Origin: an uncultured Candidatus Saccharibacteria bacterium
GTDB lineage: Bacteria > Patescibacteriota > Minisyncoccia > Phycocordibacterales > DSPV01
Direction: 5' to 3'
Length of the DNA: 51,360 nt
NCBI GenBank assembly: GCA_964574355.1
Contig: CAZNMD010000005.1
Location: 1-51,360, forward strand
In this document: piece by piece, positions 9,724 to 17,820 of the stretch
Position numbering within the stretch: position 1 is the first letter of the stretch
Layout of the letters: each line of letters starts with the position of its first letter
Translations under genes and position numbers: made by a program
The notes under the pieces: model-generated
Databases searched by the model: none
What the model was told of the DNA's origin: nothing
Seen by the model: the letters and a program-made list of their open reading frames with translations, nothing else

Positions 9724-10692
9724 TCAATAAACATTATTTGCCGGACGAGATCCAGAAAGCACCGAAAGAATATTCTCAGCAGCAAGCCGAGACATATCCT
9801 CTCGTGATTCCGTTGTCGAAGAGGCAATATGAGGAGTCAAAATAACATTAGAAAGATCTTTGAGTCCGGAAGACAAGTTTGGTTCATTTTCATACACATC
9901 GAGACCTGCACCCCTGATAACACCCGCTTTCAAAGCCTCTACGAGAGCCACCTCATCTAAGACAGGTCCGCGTGAAGTGTTAATCAAAAATGCAGTTGAT
10001 TTCATGAGTCTCAATCGCGAAGCATTTATCAAATGATGCGTTGCTGGCATCAAGGGTACATGAACTGAGACAAAATCAGCCACCGGTAAAACCTCCTCCA
10101 CCGTTGATTTAAATTCCGCTCCAAATTCTTTTTCAAGTGCTTCGTTACGAGTTACATCAAAATACACGACTTTCATCAAAAATCCCTTGATTACCCGACG
10201 AGCAACTTCTGCCCCAATACGCCCTGTTCCAATAATACCCAACGTTTTACCCACAAGTTCTGTTCCATGAAAAAGCATTGGATCAAAACCGACGTACTGG
10301 CCTTGCCGAACAAACCTATCACCTTCGGTAATCCGACAAGCAAGCGCAAGCATAAGGGCAACTGCAAACTCTGCGACACGTTCTGCACCACCCCCTGGAG
10401 TATTGCTCAAGAAAACCCCCCGCTTCTTACCCTCTTCTATATCAAAGTTATTAAAACCAATTGCGTAGTTAGCAAACACTTTAACCGAAGGCGCTCCGTC
10501 AAACACATCCTTATCAATACCATCGGTCAATTGACTCAACACAGCGTCATACTGACCTGATTTTAGTTCAGTTATTAATTCCTCTTTCGTTAAAGGTCGA
10601 TCCTTATTACTAATAATTACCTCATGCCCTCGCTCCCGAAGCATCGAAATCCCAATATCAGGAATTTTTCTTGTCACAAATACCTTTGCCAT
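9724..10692 (-). CDS. D-isomer-specific 2-hydroxyacid dehydrogenase (glyoxylate/hydroxypyruvate reductase-like)
   Basis: GIIGTGRIG Rossmann motif, INTSRG, LDVYENEP and TPHIAS. Confidence 0.92.
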   Translation of the reverse strand: MAKVFVTRKIPDIGISMLRERGHEVIISNKDRPLTKEELITELKSGQYDAVLSQLTDGIDKDVFDGAPSVKVFANYAIGFNNFDIEEGKKRGVFLSNTPGGGAERVAEFAVALMLALACRITEGDRFVRQGQYVGFDPMLFHGTELVGKTLGIIGTGRIGAEVARRVIKGFLMKVVYFDVTRNEALEKEFGAEFKSTVEEVLPVADFVSVHVPLMPATHHLINASRLRLMKSTAFLINTSRGPVLDEVALVEALKAGVIRGAGLDVYENEPNLSSGLKDLSNVILTPHIASSTTESREDMSRLAAENILSVLSGSRPANNVY

Positions 10693-10696
10693 TCTT

Positions 10697-11563
10697 TTAC
10701 GAAAGATTATTAAATAGTTTTAACTTAGAAATCACAATGTCTCGCACCACATCACGAGCCGGAGCTAAATACTTATACGGTGAAACTTCATCCGGTTTTG
10801 CGGCCAACGCCCCTTCCAAACCTTTCCTAAAAGCAACCCTGATTTCAGTATTAATATGAACAATGGAAATACCCGCCTCAATCGATTTTTTAAAATCATC
10901 AGCCGAGTTTCCGGATCCACCATGAAGAACGAGTGGAATGCCCGCGGCAGCACGAACAGCAATAACTGTTTCAATACTAAGCGCCGGATCAACTCCGCCT
11001 GTTAACATTCCATGGAAATTTCCAACCGCCGGAGCTAATAAATCAACACCAGTCTCTTCGACAAATCGTTTTGCATCTTCTGCTTTTGTGAGACCAGCCT
11101 TCAAATCAACTCCCTCTGGAATTGCGTCGAGTACTTTGCTTGATTGGCCAATATAGCCAAGCTCGCCTTCAACCAACACATCACGACCACTTCCTTTGGC
11201 ATACAAAACGACTTCTTTTGTTTTCGCAATATTTTCTTCAAGCGATAATTTTGCTCCATCAAAAATAACCGAATCAAACCCAGCATCAATAGCCTCTTTC
11301 ACTCGTTCGACTGAATAAGTATGATCAGCATTTAGAAAAATAGGGTACTGATCTCGTTCGCGAATGGTTTTTACAACCGCAGCAATTTCGGCGACTCCGG
11401 TAAAATCCCGTTCACCTTCAGAAACTCCAACAATGACCGGAAGATTCAAAGATTTTGCCGCATCATAAATCGCGTGAACAACTTCTAGATTTGATGTATT
11501 AAAATGACCAATTGCAACTTTTCCAATTGCAGCCTGTGTCACAACTTCGCGTAATGTTTGCAT
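10697..11563 (-). CDS. fba: class II fructose-bisphosphate aldolase
   Basis: NADH, VEGELG, AVGNFHG, LVLHGGSG and HINTE. Start MQTLRE at 11563, with TATACT 6 nt upstream. Confidence 0.92.
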   Translation of the reverse strand: MQTLREVVTQAAIGKVAIGHFNTSNLEVVHAIYDAAKSLNLPVIVGVSEGERDFTGVAEIAAVVKTIRERDQYPIFLNADHTYSVERVKEAIDAGFDSVIFDGAKLSLEENIAKTKEVVLYAKGSGRDVLVEGELGYIGQSSKVLDAIPEGVDLKAGLTKAEDAKRFVEETGVDLLAPAVGNFHGMLTGGVDPALSIETVIAVRAAAGIPLVLHGGSGNSADDFKKSIEAGISIVHINTEIRVAFRKGLEGALAAKPDEVSPYKYLAPARDVVRDIVISKLKLFNNLS

Positions 11564-11596
11564 ACAAAAAGTATACCATCTAACTACGGGCAATAT

Positions 11597-11636
11597 AAAA
11601 AAATAGTCCCCCGAGAACCGCTTGGTTCTCGGGGGA
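11597..11636 (-). terminator. strong intrinsic terminator of the ncRNA unit
   Basis: TCCCCCGAGAACC-AAGC-GGTTCTCGGGGGA 13-bp stem, then CTA and a T7 tract on the minus strand. Confidence 0.85.
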
Positions 11637-12097
11637 TTCAACAACCCTTTTGGGGTCGCTAATAGAATGGTTTCATGTCTCCTTTCGTTTTCTGGAGGTT
11701 TTCCGTCATTCAAAGGGAACGCGACAACCTACACTACGTGAAGGGCATGCTTCCTTCCTTTCGCCTTTCGGGCGAATTGGGATTCGTGGGAGTGAGACCA
11801 AAATGCGTCAGTGCATATATGGGCTTGCTTCCCGTTGTCTTGCCTGAGGCCGACGCCGTGTCAGAGACGATGATACTGGGCGCCGCGGCCGGGGACGAGG
11901 ACGAGAACTGCGCTATTGTTTTCGTTTTTACTGAAACGATTCGGCGGACTGTTCATAGGCGCGATACTCGCTTTCTGGCCCATTTTTTTGGCCGGAAGGA
12001 ACGTTAATGTTGATGAACTACTTAGGCTCCCATCAGGGAGGCTAAGGGGCTAGCGACGTAGGCAATCTTTACGACCGTCTCTCGTACTAGGTATCCT
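11597..12097 (-). ncRNA. unknown large structured RNA (~500 nt)
   Basis: GC-richer interval with its own promoter and terminator, many hairpins and 5'/3' closing helices; no credible long ORF. Confidence 0.65.
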
Positions 12098-12102
12098 CCA
12101 GT

Positions 12103-12130
12103 ACTATAGCATATATTAAAATACTGTCAA
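12103..12130 (-). promoter_or_regulatory. sigma70-type promoter
   Basis: TTGACA-N16-TATAGT with a TG extended -10. Confidence 0.8.
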
Positions 12131-12170
12131 CTACTACAGCTTTAAATACTCTAAAAACACTGAAAAATGG

Positions 12171-13166
12171 CTACAAATATGGTTTTAATACCTTAGCCAC
12201 TTCCTTTGCATTATTTGCTTCCATCAACGCCAAGCGCAATTCTTTTGCATCAGGAAAACCATTCACATATGCTTTAAAATGTTTTTTCATCAAAGCAAAA
12301 CTCTTCTTTTTTCCAAGTAATTTGTCGAAAAGTTTTACATGTTCAAGCAAAATTGCCAATTTTTGTTTAACCACTTGTGCAGAACTATTTTCTAATTCGT
12401 GAGAACGAGAGAATAACCATGGTCGGCCAAAAATTGCACGGCCAAGCATAACACCATCTGCTCCGCTCTCTTTTGCGAGTACTCGCGCATGATCACAATC
12501 TTTCGCATCGCCATTCCCAAGAATAAGCGTTTCCGATTTTAATTCATCACGAATTTTTACCGCCTCGCGGACATGTTCCCAGCGTGCCGGTACAAGCGAA
12601 AGCTCTTTAACTGTCCGCGCATGAATCGTAATTGCTGCAACATTTGTTGAAAGCAGAATCGGAAGCCATGTCGCTAATTCATTTTTGTTATATCCAATAC
12701 GAGTTTTTACTGAAACCGGAATTGCTTCTTTCCCTTTTTTCTTCCCAGCTTCAACACCACGCTTCGCGGCTTCAATAACAAGAACTGCTTGCTTTGGGTT
12801 TTTTATCATCGCACCACCGGAACCTTGTTTCATTATCGACTTATCAGGACAACCCATATTAATATCCAACCCATCAAAACCAAGTTCGGCACACAATTTT
12901 GCTGCACCCTCCATCTTTTCTGGATTAGATGAAAAAAGTTGCACCACAATTGGTCGCTCTTTTTTTGAATACCCTAAATCAATTTCTAAGTGTTCCCGAC
13001 CAGGCGACATAAGCCCGTCAGCCGAAACAAACTCGGTCCACATCACATCAGGCTTGCCGTACTTTGCGATGATACGCCGAAACGCAACATCAGTAACATC
13101 AGCCATTGGGGCCAACACCAAAATTGGTTTTTTCTTTTTTAATTTTTCCCAGAATCCCAAAGACAT
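12171..13166 (-). CDS. dus: tRNA-dihydrouridine synthase
   Basis: LAPMADVTD, DINMGCP, VSVKTRIG, IHART, GNGD and GVMLGRA. Confidence 0.95.
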   Translation of the reverse strand: MSLGFWEKLKKKKPILVLAPMADVTDVAFRRIIAKYGKPDVMWTEFVSADGLMSPGREHLEIDLGYSKKERPIVVQLFSSNPEKMEGAAKLCAELGFDGLDINMGCPDKSIMKQGSGGAMIKNPKQAVLVIEAAKRGVEAGKKKGKEAIPVSVKTRIGYNKNELATWLPILLSTNVAAITIHARTVKELSLVPARWEHVREAVKIRDELKSETLILGNGDAKDCDHARVLAKESGADGVMLGRAIFGRPWLFSRSHELENSSAQVVKQKLAILLEHVKLFDKLLGKKKSFALMKKHFKAYVNGFPDAKELRLALMEANNAKEVAKVLKPYL

Positions 13167-13292
13167 AAAACGAAGCGTATCACGCCCCTGAATCATTGAC
13201 AAACACCTATTTTATTTATACTGTATTTATTAGAAACACCTTACCCTGTTCATGTTGAACAGAAAGGATAACAGCTATTTGAAAGGATTCTT

Positions 13293-13742
13293 ATGGGACA
13301 ATCACCTTTTTGGTGGACATGGCTAAGTCTTGTACTGGCTACCCTGTTGTTTCTCATCTTCCGGGTGAAAATGACCCTTGATCCAGCCAAACAAGGCGCG
13401 ACGAAGTCCCTCACAATCTTCACTGTGTTAGCGAGCATGATGCTTAGCTACTACCTGGGAACGCTCTCAGGGGCAACTAACGTCAAGCCACTCTTTCCGG
13501 AAAAAGAAACTATTTACAAAATTGTGAGCCAGCCGTTCTTAGCAGGAACAAATATCTGCGTGGTTCTCCAACCAACAAAACTAGGAATTACCACAATGGA
13601 GTGGCACCTTTTTGGAAAACCAGAAATCTACACTCTGGCCAACACCCTAACCAATGACCCCGGAACACGAGTTATCGGCGTGGCAAACAACGAAGATGTT
13701 GTTCATTTGGAAACCCATCCCCTGCAACCAACATCAAACTGA
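13293..13742 (+). CDS. hypothetical membrane protein
   Basis: AAAGGA SD, upstream TTGACA at 13196, two N-terminal hydrophobic helices. Confidence 0.7.
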   Translation: MGQSPFWWTWLSLVLATLLFLIFRVKMTLDPAKQGATKSLTIFTVLASMMLSYYLGTLSGATNVKPLFPEKETIYKIVSQPFLAGTNICVVLQPTKLGITTMEWHLFGKPEIYTLANTLTNDPGTRVIGVANNEDVVHLETHPLQPTSN

Positions 13743-13751
13743 ACATCCTGT

Positions 13752-13928
13752 ATGGGACAACTATTTTGGTGGCTTCTCATCTTTGGATGGGCATGGCTTG
13801 GGTATACGCTCATCCGCATGAAAACGCAAAGACTCCGGGAGTGCGTAACGCTCAAAGGTTTCGGATTTCTCATCCTATTTTCTTCGGGAGCACTGATCAC
13901 TGAAGGATTGGTGTTCTACCTCAACTAG
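13752..13928 (+). CDS. small 2-TM protein (58 aa), not in the ORF track
   Basis: MGQLFWWLLIFGWAWLGYTLIRMK...GLVFYLN*; N-terminus resembles the upstream ORF (MGQSPFWW); followed by a terminator. Confidence 0.65.
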   Translation: MGQLFWWLLIFGWAWLGYTLIRMKTQRLRECVTLKGFGFLILFSSGALITEGLVFYLN

Positions 13929-13937
13929 ACAATCGAT

Positions 13938-13976
13938 ACCGCACTTATTCTGTCGAAGAATACGTGCGGTTTTTTC
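13938..13976 (+). terminator. intrinsic terminator
   Basis: ACCGCAC-TTATTCT...AGAATA-CGTGCGGT followed by a T run. Confidence 0.75.
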
Positions 13977-13998
13977 AATAAGATTTACCTACCCTATC

Positions 13999-16485
13999 TT
14001 AGGGTAGGTCTTTGGCAGTAAATTCAATTTTTGCCCCTGGTTTCAAACTTCCAGCAATAATTTTATCTGCAATAACTTGTTCAATTTTTTCTGAAATTGC
14101 ACGATTGAGGGGCCGAGCGCCAAATTTTGGATCACCACCTTCCCTGGCAATATATTTTACAAGCAAATCGTTAATCACAAGTACATATCCCTTCTCTTCA
14201 ATCCGTTTTGCAAACTTCGAAAGTAATTGGGACGCTACCGCTTCAGTTAAATCTTTATTCATTGGATTAAACAAAATTACCCCATCAAATCGATTAAGTA
14301 ACTCCGGGCGAAAAATTCCTCCAGAAATAACCAACTCAATAATTCTTCCTCTCTCTTTTGTAATATCCTTCCCCGCTTCAGTGAGACGGAAAATTTCTTC
14401 ACTTGCCGCATTTGAAGTTGCAATAATAAATGATGATCGAGCATACGCCTTTTTACCGCGACCATCAGTAATAAAACCTTCATCCAAAAGCTGCAAAAAA
14501 AGATCTCGCACCGCCTGGGAAGCTTTTTCAAATTCATCGAAAAGAAAAACAGAAAATGGTTTCTCGCGTAATTTTGCAACGAGCAATCCTGGCTCTTCTC
14601 CACCATCGCCCAGTAATCGCGTAAGTGCATTTACTCCACTAAACTCAGTCATATCAAATCGAACCATGGCATCCTCACTTCCAAAATAAGCAGCGGCCAA
14701 TGCTTTCGCGGTTTCTGTTTTTCCAACACCTGTTGGACCTAAAAAGAGAAACGAACCCATTGGTTTTTTCTCACTTCGAATTCCAGAACGTGCGCGTCGC
14801 ATAGCCGCAGCAACAGCCGCAGTGGCGTCAGGCTGACCAACCACTCGCCTCTGAAGTGTTTTTTCAAGTTCAATCAATTTCGCACGCTCATCACCACTCG
14901 GCCCACCCGAAGGAATCCCTGTTTTTGATTCAATTAATTTTTTGATATCGAGAGCTGTAATGCGCGCATATGTTCCTCGGTACTTAGCTGAAACTTCCAT
15001 CAGAAGATCAATTGCCTTATCTAAAGGCGCTGAATCAGAAAAAAATTGTTCTGCCGAAGACGCCGCAGCACTAATGGCGGGATGCGTAAAGAAAACTCTT
15101 TCATGCGTTTCAATTGATTCTACTGTTCGCTCAAGTGCGTGCACCAAAGCAAGATTACCCTTATCTGCGACAAGCACGCGTTCGAAATGTTCCATAAGCT
15201 GCGGATCACGTTCAAACGTTCGGTGATAAGCGTCAGTATCAGAAAGAACAATAATGTGTAAATCTTTTGCTCGTAAATACCGATCAAGAATACTAAATAA
15301 ATCGACAGAAAATGCGGATAGGCTTTTTATAAAAGATCCAATATTTGGAATGACGACAATCAAGTTACCTGCCCGAACCGCATCAGAAAAAACTTTTTGC
15401 AACGCGGCCTCAACAAGTGCCTTCGCTCCGCCAGAAGCAACAAGGCGTTCTGGATCCAAAAGAAACATTCGTCGATGTTCAAGGGGTGGTAATACTTCAC
15501 CTCGCTCAATAAGTCGCGCCATCGCAATTGAAACCAAAAGAGGAGCATTCGCATCTTCACCAACCACAATAGCATTAGCACCTTGTGCTCTCACCAACAC
15601 TGTCTCAAGCTCCTCAGCCTCTTCACGAAAATACGCAAGCAAAGGAGCATTTGTTTTGTATACACTCGTTTCCGTTATATAGTCGCCGTATTTTTCAAGA
15701 GAATACGCCCTTCCGTAAGAAAAAGCTGTACCTAACGCTGGAGTTCTGCCTAAATAATCACGACTCCACCAACGACGACGCTTTCTTATTCGTGTAGCCA
15801 TTGCCGAAACAAATCGTGCTGTTGATGCGTATTCAAGATCAGAAACAGATTGAGTACGAAGATACGCCCGAAGCGCCGGATCAAGAGCAAGAATAGTTAT
15901 TGCAAAAAGGGCACTATCAACTTTTGAACCCTCTGGTATAAAAAGCGTCTCAGCACTAACTCGAGCCCGTGAGTCATTAAGAATAAATGCTTGTGTATCA
16001 CTAGGTGATAGACCGAGTCGTAAAAAAAGATGTTTTCCAAGATCTGAACGTAAAAAAGAGCCTGTGAGATCCGCCAGATCAAGACGCATAATAATTTCAG
16101 CAACATCAATCGACATCACCCCAAGGGCGGGAGCTTTTGGAAATTCTCGTAACGCCGAAGACTCATCCGTAAAAAGAACCGAGAAATAATATCCATCAAG
16201 TGAAAGGATTGTAATCCATATACCAAACGCAATACATGCAATGCCTAAAAACTGATCACGAAACTGAAAAAAAGAATACAACATGTGCATGTTTTCTGCG
16301 GCAAATGCTCCAATCGGTAAAAATAAATCTGAAACATACACAAAAAGTGATGGTATTGATGCTGCCACAAATAGCGTAAAAGAAAGCACCTTAATCCAAT
16401 GCCGTACGATATAGGGAAAAATCCGATCGATCGCAAAAGCAACTTCAAATCTTCGTGCTTCATTTTTTAAAAATTCCCAGTTCAT
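13999..16485 (-). CDS. membrane-anchored ClpA/ClpB-like AAA+ protein with degenerate first NBD
   Basis: N-terminal TM helices; NBD2 intact ([33 protein letters not shown]); NBD1 Walker motifs degenerate. Confidence 0.88.
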   Translation of the reverse strand: MNWEFLKNEARRFEVAFAIDRIFPYIVRHWIKVLSFTLFVAASIPSLFVYVSDLFLPIGAFAAENMHMLYSFFQFRDQFLGIACIAFGIWITILSLDGYYFSVLFTDESSALREFPKAPALGVMSIDVAEIIMRLDLADLTGSFLRSDLGKHLFLRLGLSPSDTQAFILNDSRARVSAETLFIPEGSKVDSALFAITILALDPALRAYLRTQSVSDLEYASTARFVSAMATRIRKRRRWWSRDYLGRTPALGTAFSYGRAYSLEKYGDYITETSVYKTNAPLLAYFREEAEELETVLVRAQGANAIVVGEDANAPLLVSIAMARLIERGEVLPPLEHRRMFLLDPERLVASGGAKALVEAALQKVFSDAVRAGNLIVVIPNIGSFIKSLSAFSVDLFSILDRYLRAKDLHIIVLSDTDAYHRTFERDPQLMEHFERVLVADKGNLALVHALERTVESIETHERVFFTHPAISAAASSAEQFFSDSAPLDKAIDLLMEVSAKYRGTYARITALDIKKLIESKTGIPSGGPSGDERAKLIELEKTLQRRVVGQPDATAAVAAAMRRARSGIRSEKKPMGSFLFLGPTGVGKTETAKALAAAYFGSEDAMVRFDMTEFSGVNALTRLLGDGGEEPGLLVAKLREKPFSVFLFDEFEKASQAVRDLFLQLLDEGFITDGRGKKAYARSSFIIATSNAASEEIFRLTEAGKDITKERGRIIELVISGGIFRPELLNRFDGVILFNPMNKDLTEAVASQLLSKFAKRIEEKGYVLVINDLLVKYIAREGGDPKFGARPLNRAISEKIEQVIADKIIAGSLKPGAKIEFTAKDLP

Positions 16486-16494
16486 TGTTTATCC

Positions 16495-16890
16495 TTACAT
16501 ACCAAAAATTTTTATCGTACCGTAAAAGATGGATCCAACGGCCAAAACAGGTAATACGAGCCAAATCACATACGCCGTAATCCAAAGAATCAATACAAAC
16601 GCTGTGGCCAAAAGCCCAAGAACAATAATTGGAATACGAATAACTGCTCCAACTAAACGCATAATAAGAGACACCATGACAGCTTCGGCGATTTTATCAG
16701 GCATCTTACTTTTTGGTTTTTCGTCTAATCTTTCGAAAGGAGAAAAAAGATTTGCAAGAAGTTCTGGTACAGAAAAAAGCCTCCACGAAAACCAGGTTAG
16801 ATTTGTAAACACTCGAGTAATATCAGCCCACGCGTACACGTAGTGCCAAACAAACCAAGAAGAGGCCACGGTAAGTACATCCATAGTCAT
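16495..16890 (-). CDS. hypothetical membrane protein co-oriented with the Clp-like gene
   Basis: WFVWHY...FSVPELLANLFSPFER...IMRLVGAVIR; hydrophobic; 9 nt upstream of the Clp-like ORF. Confidence 0.8.
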   Translation of the reverse strand: MTMDVLTVASSWFVWHYVYAWADITRVFTNLTWFSWRLFSVPELLANLFSPFERLDEKPKSKMPDKIAEAVMVSLIMRLVGAVIRIPIIVLGLLATAFVLILWITAYVIWLVLPVLAVGSIFYGTIKIFGM

Positions 16891-16992
16891 TACTATGGTA
16901 CCACCAAGAGAAACTTACTCATCCTTATTTATCCCCGCCCCGTTAGAAACAGGTTGCACTGCGGAACCTATTTCTAAAGGAGTAAACTTTAT

Positions 16993-17799
16993 TTACTTTC
17001 TTTCTTTAAAAAGAGCCTTGCCCAAAAAACGAACATCGAGTGTTTCAAGTTTTCCTTCACGATACAACGCTTGTACAGGCACCGTTGGGTCGGCAAACGT
17101 AGCTTCAAGTCGACTCAACGCAGCCGAAAAATCATCTCTCCTTCCAATTAAAAAAGTAGTTTTATTTTTTGAAATCACAGAAATAGAACCGATAGGATCA
17201 ATATGAACTTCTGCTATTTCAATGCCCTTTGACTCAAGTTCGTTCAGTAAAAACCGAATATCAAGAAAAGCTTCTTTTGTTTCGACATACTGCATACCAA
17301 GCCGAATACTTGTCGAACTTGAAATACCGCCAACATACCGAAGAAGACTCGAGCCTTCCATAACGGGAGCTTCGGCAAAAATTAGTCCACTACCATCTAA
17401 AAGAAAACAATCTGTTTCTGTCCGACACCACAAAGCATAAATTTGACGTTCAGCAACAGTAACAAGAGCGACTCCATTTTTAAGAGCAAGTGTTGCTGTT
17501 TCAATCCGAGGAGAAGATGAAACAATTGCTTGTAAAATTTTTTCTTTAGGGTAAAACAGCGCAGTCGCTACCGGCATAACGCCAAAATAATACTTATCAG
17601 CAATAGATCGCACGACATATTCAACCTCACTCTTTTCTATAACCTTATTGCCAACCACCTCTACACCCTGAACCGTAAACAACGGTAATCTGATAACAAA
17701 CGCGCAGGTAACAACTATTCCAATCAAACAAAAAATACTTCCTATGACTTTCGAAACTATCGCTTGTCGCTTGCGATCTTTTAATCTCGTTGCTGCCAT
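16993..17799 (-). CDS. cell division protein FtsQ/DivIB-like
   Basis: Basic N-terminus, TM helix, POTRA-like (V.GNKVI...V.ER), C-terminal LDVRF.GK. Confidence 0.75.
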   Translation of the reverse strand: MAATRLKDRKRQAIVSKVIGSIFCLIGIVVTCAFVIRLPLFTVQGVEVVGNKVIEKSEVEYVVRSIADKYYFGVMPVATALFYPKEKILQAIVSSSPRIETATLALKNGVALVTVAERQIYALWCRTETDCFLLDGSGLIFAEAPVMEGSSLLRYVGGISSSTSIRLGMQYVETKEAFLDIRFLLNELESKGIEIAEVHIDPIGSISVISKNKTTFLIGRRDDFSAALSRLEATFADPTVPVQALYREGKLETLDVRFLGKALFKERK

Positions 17800-17820
17800 T
17801 TCAAAATAAAAAACACAAAC

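Noticed and set aside
11564-11713. N-terminal extension of fba in the ORF track
   Set aside because: It runs through a terminator hairpin; the aldolase-like sequence and a -10 element support ATG 11563.
11597-12097. tmRNA, RNase P RNA or group I/II intron
   Set aside because: No T-arm/CCA end, no GAGGAAAGUCC P4 motif, and no recognisable P7 or domain V by eye. A very divergent member cannot be excluded without cmscan.
11692-12101. CTGGAGG/CCTCCAG as the terminal closing stem of the large RNA
   Set aside because: Most of CTGGAGG lies upstream of the predicted start site (about 12096-12097), and CCTCC has a local partner.
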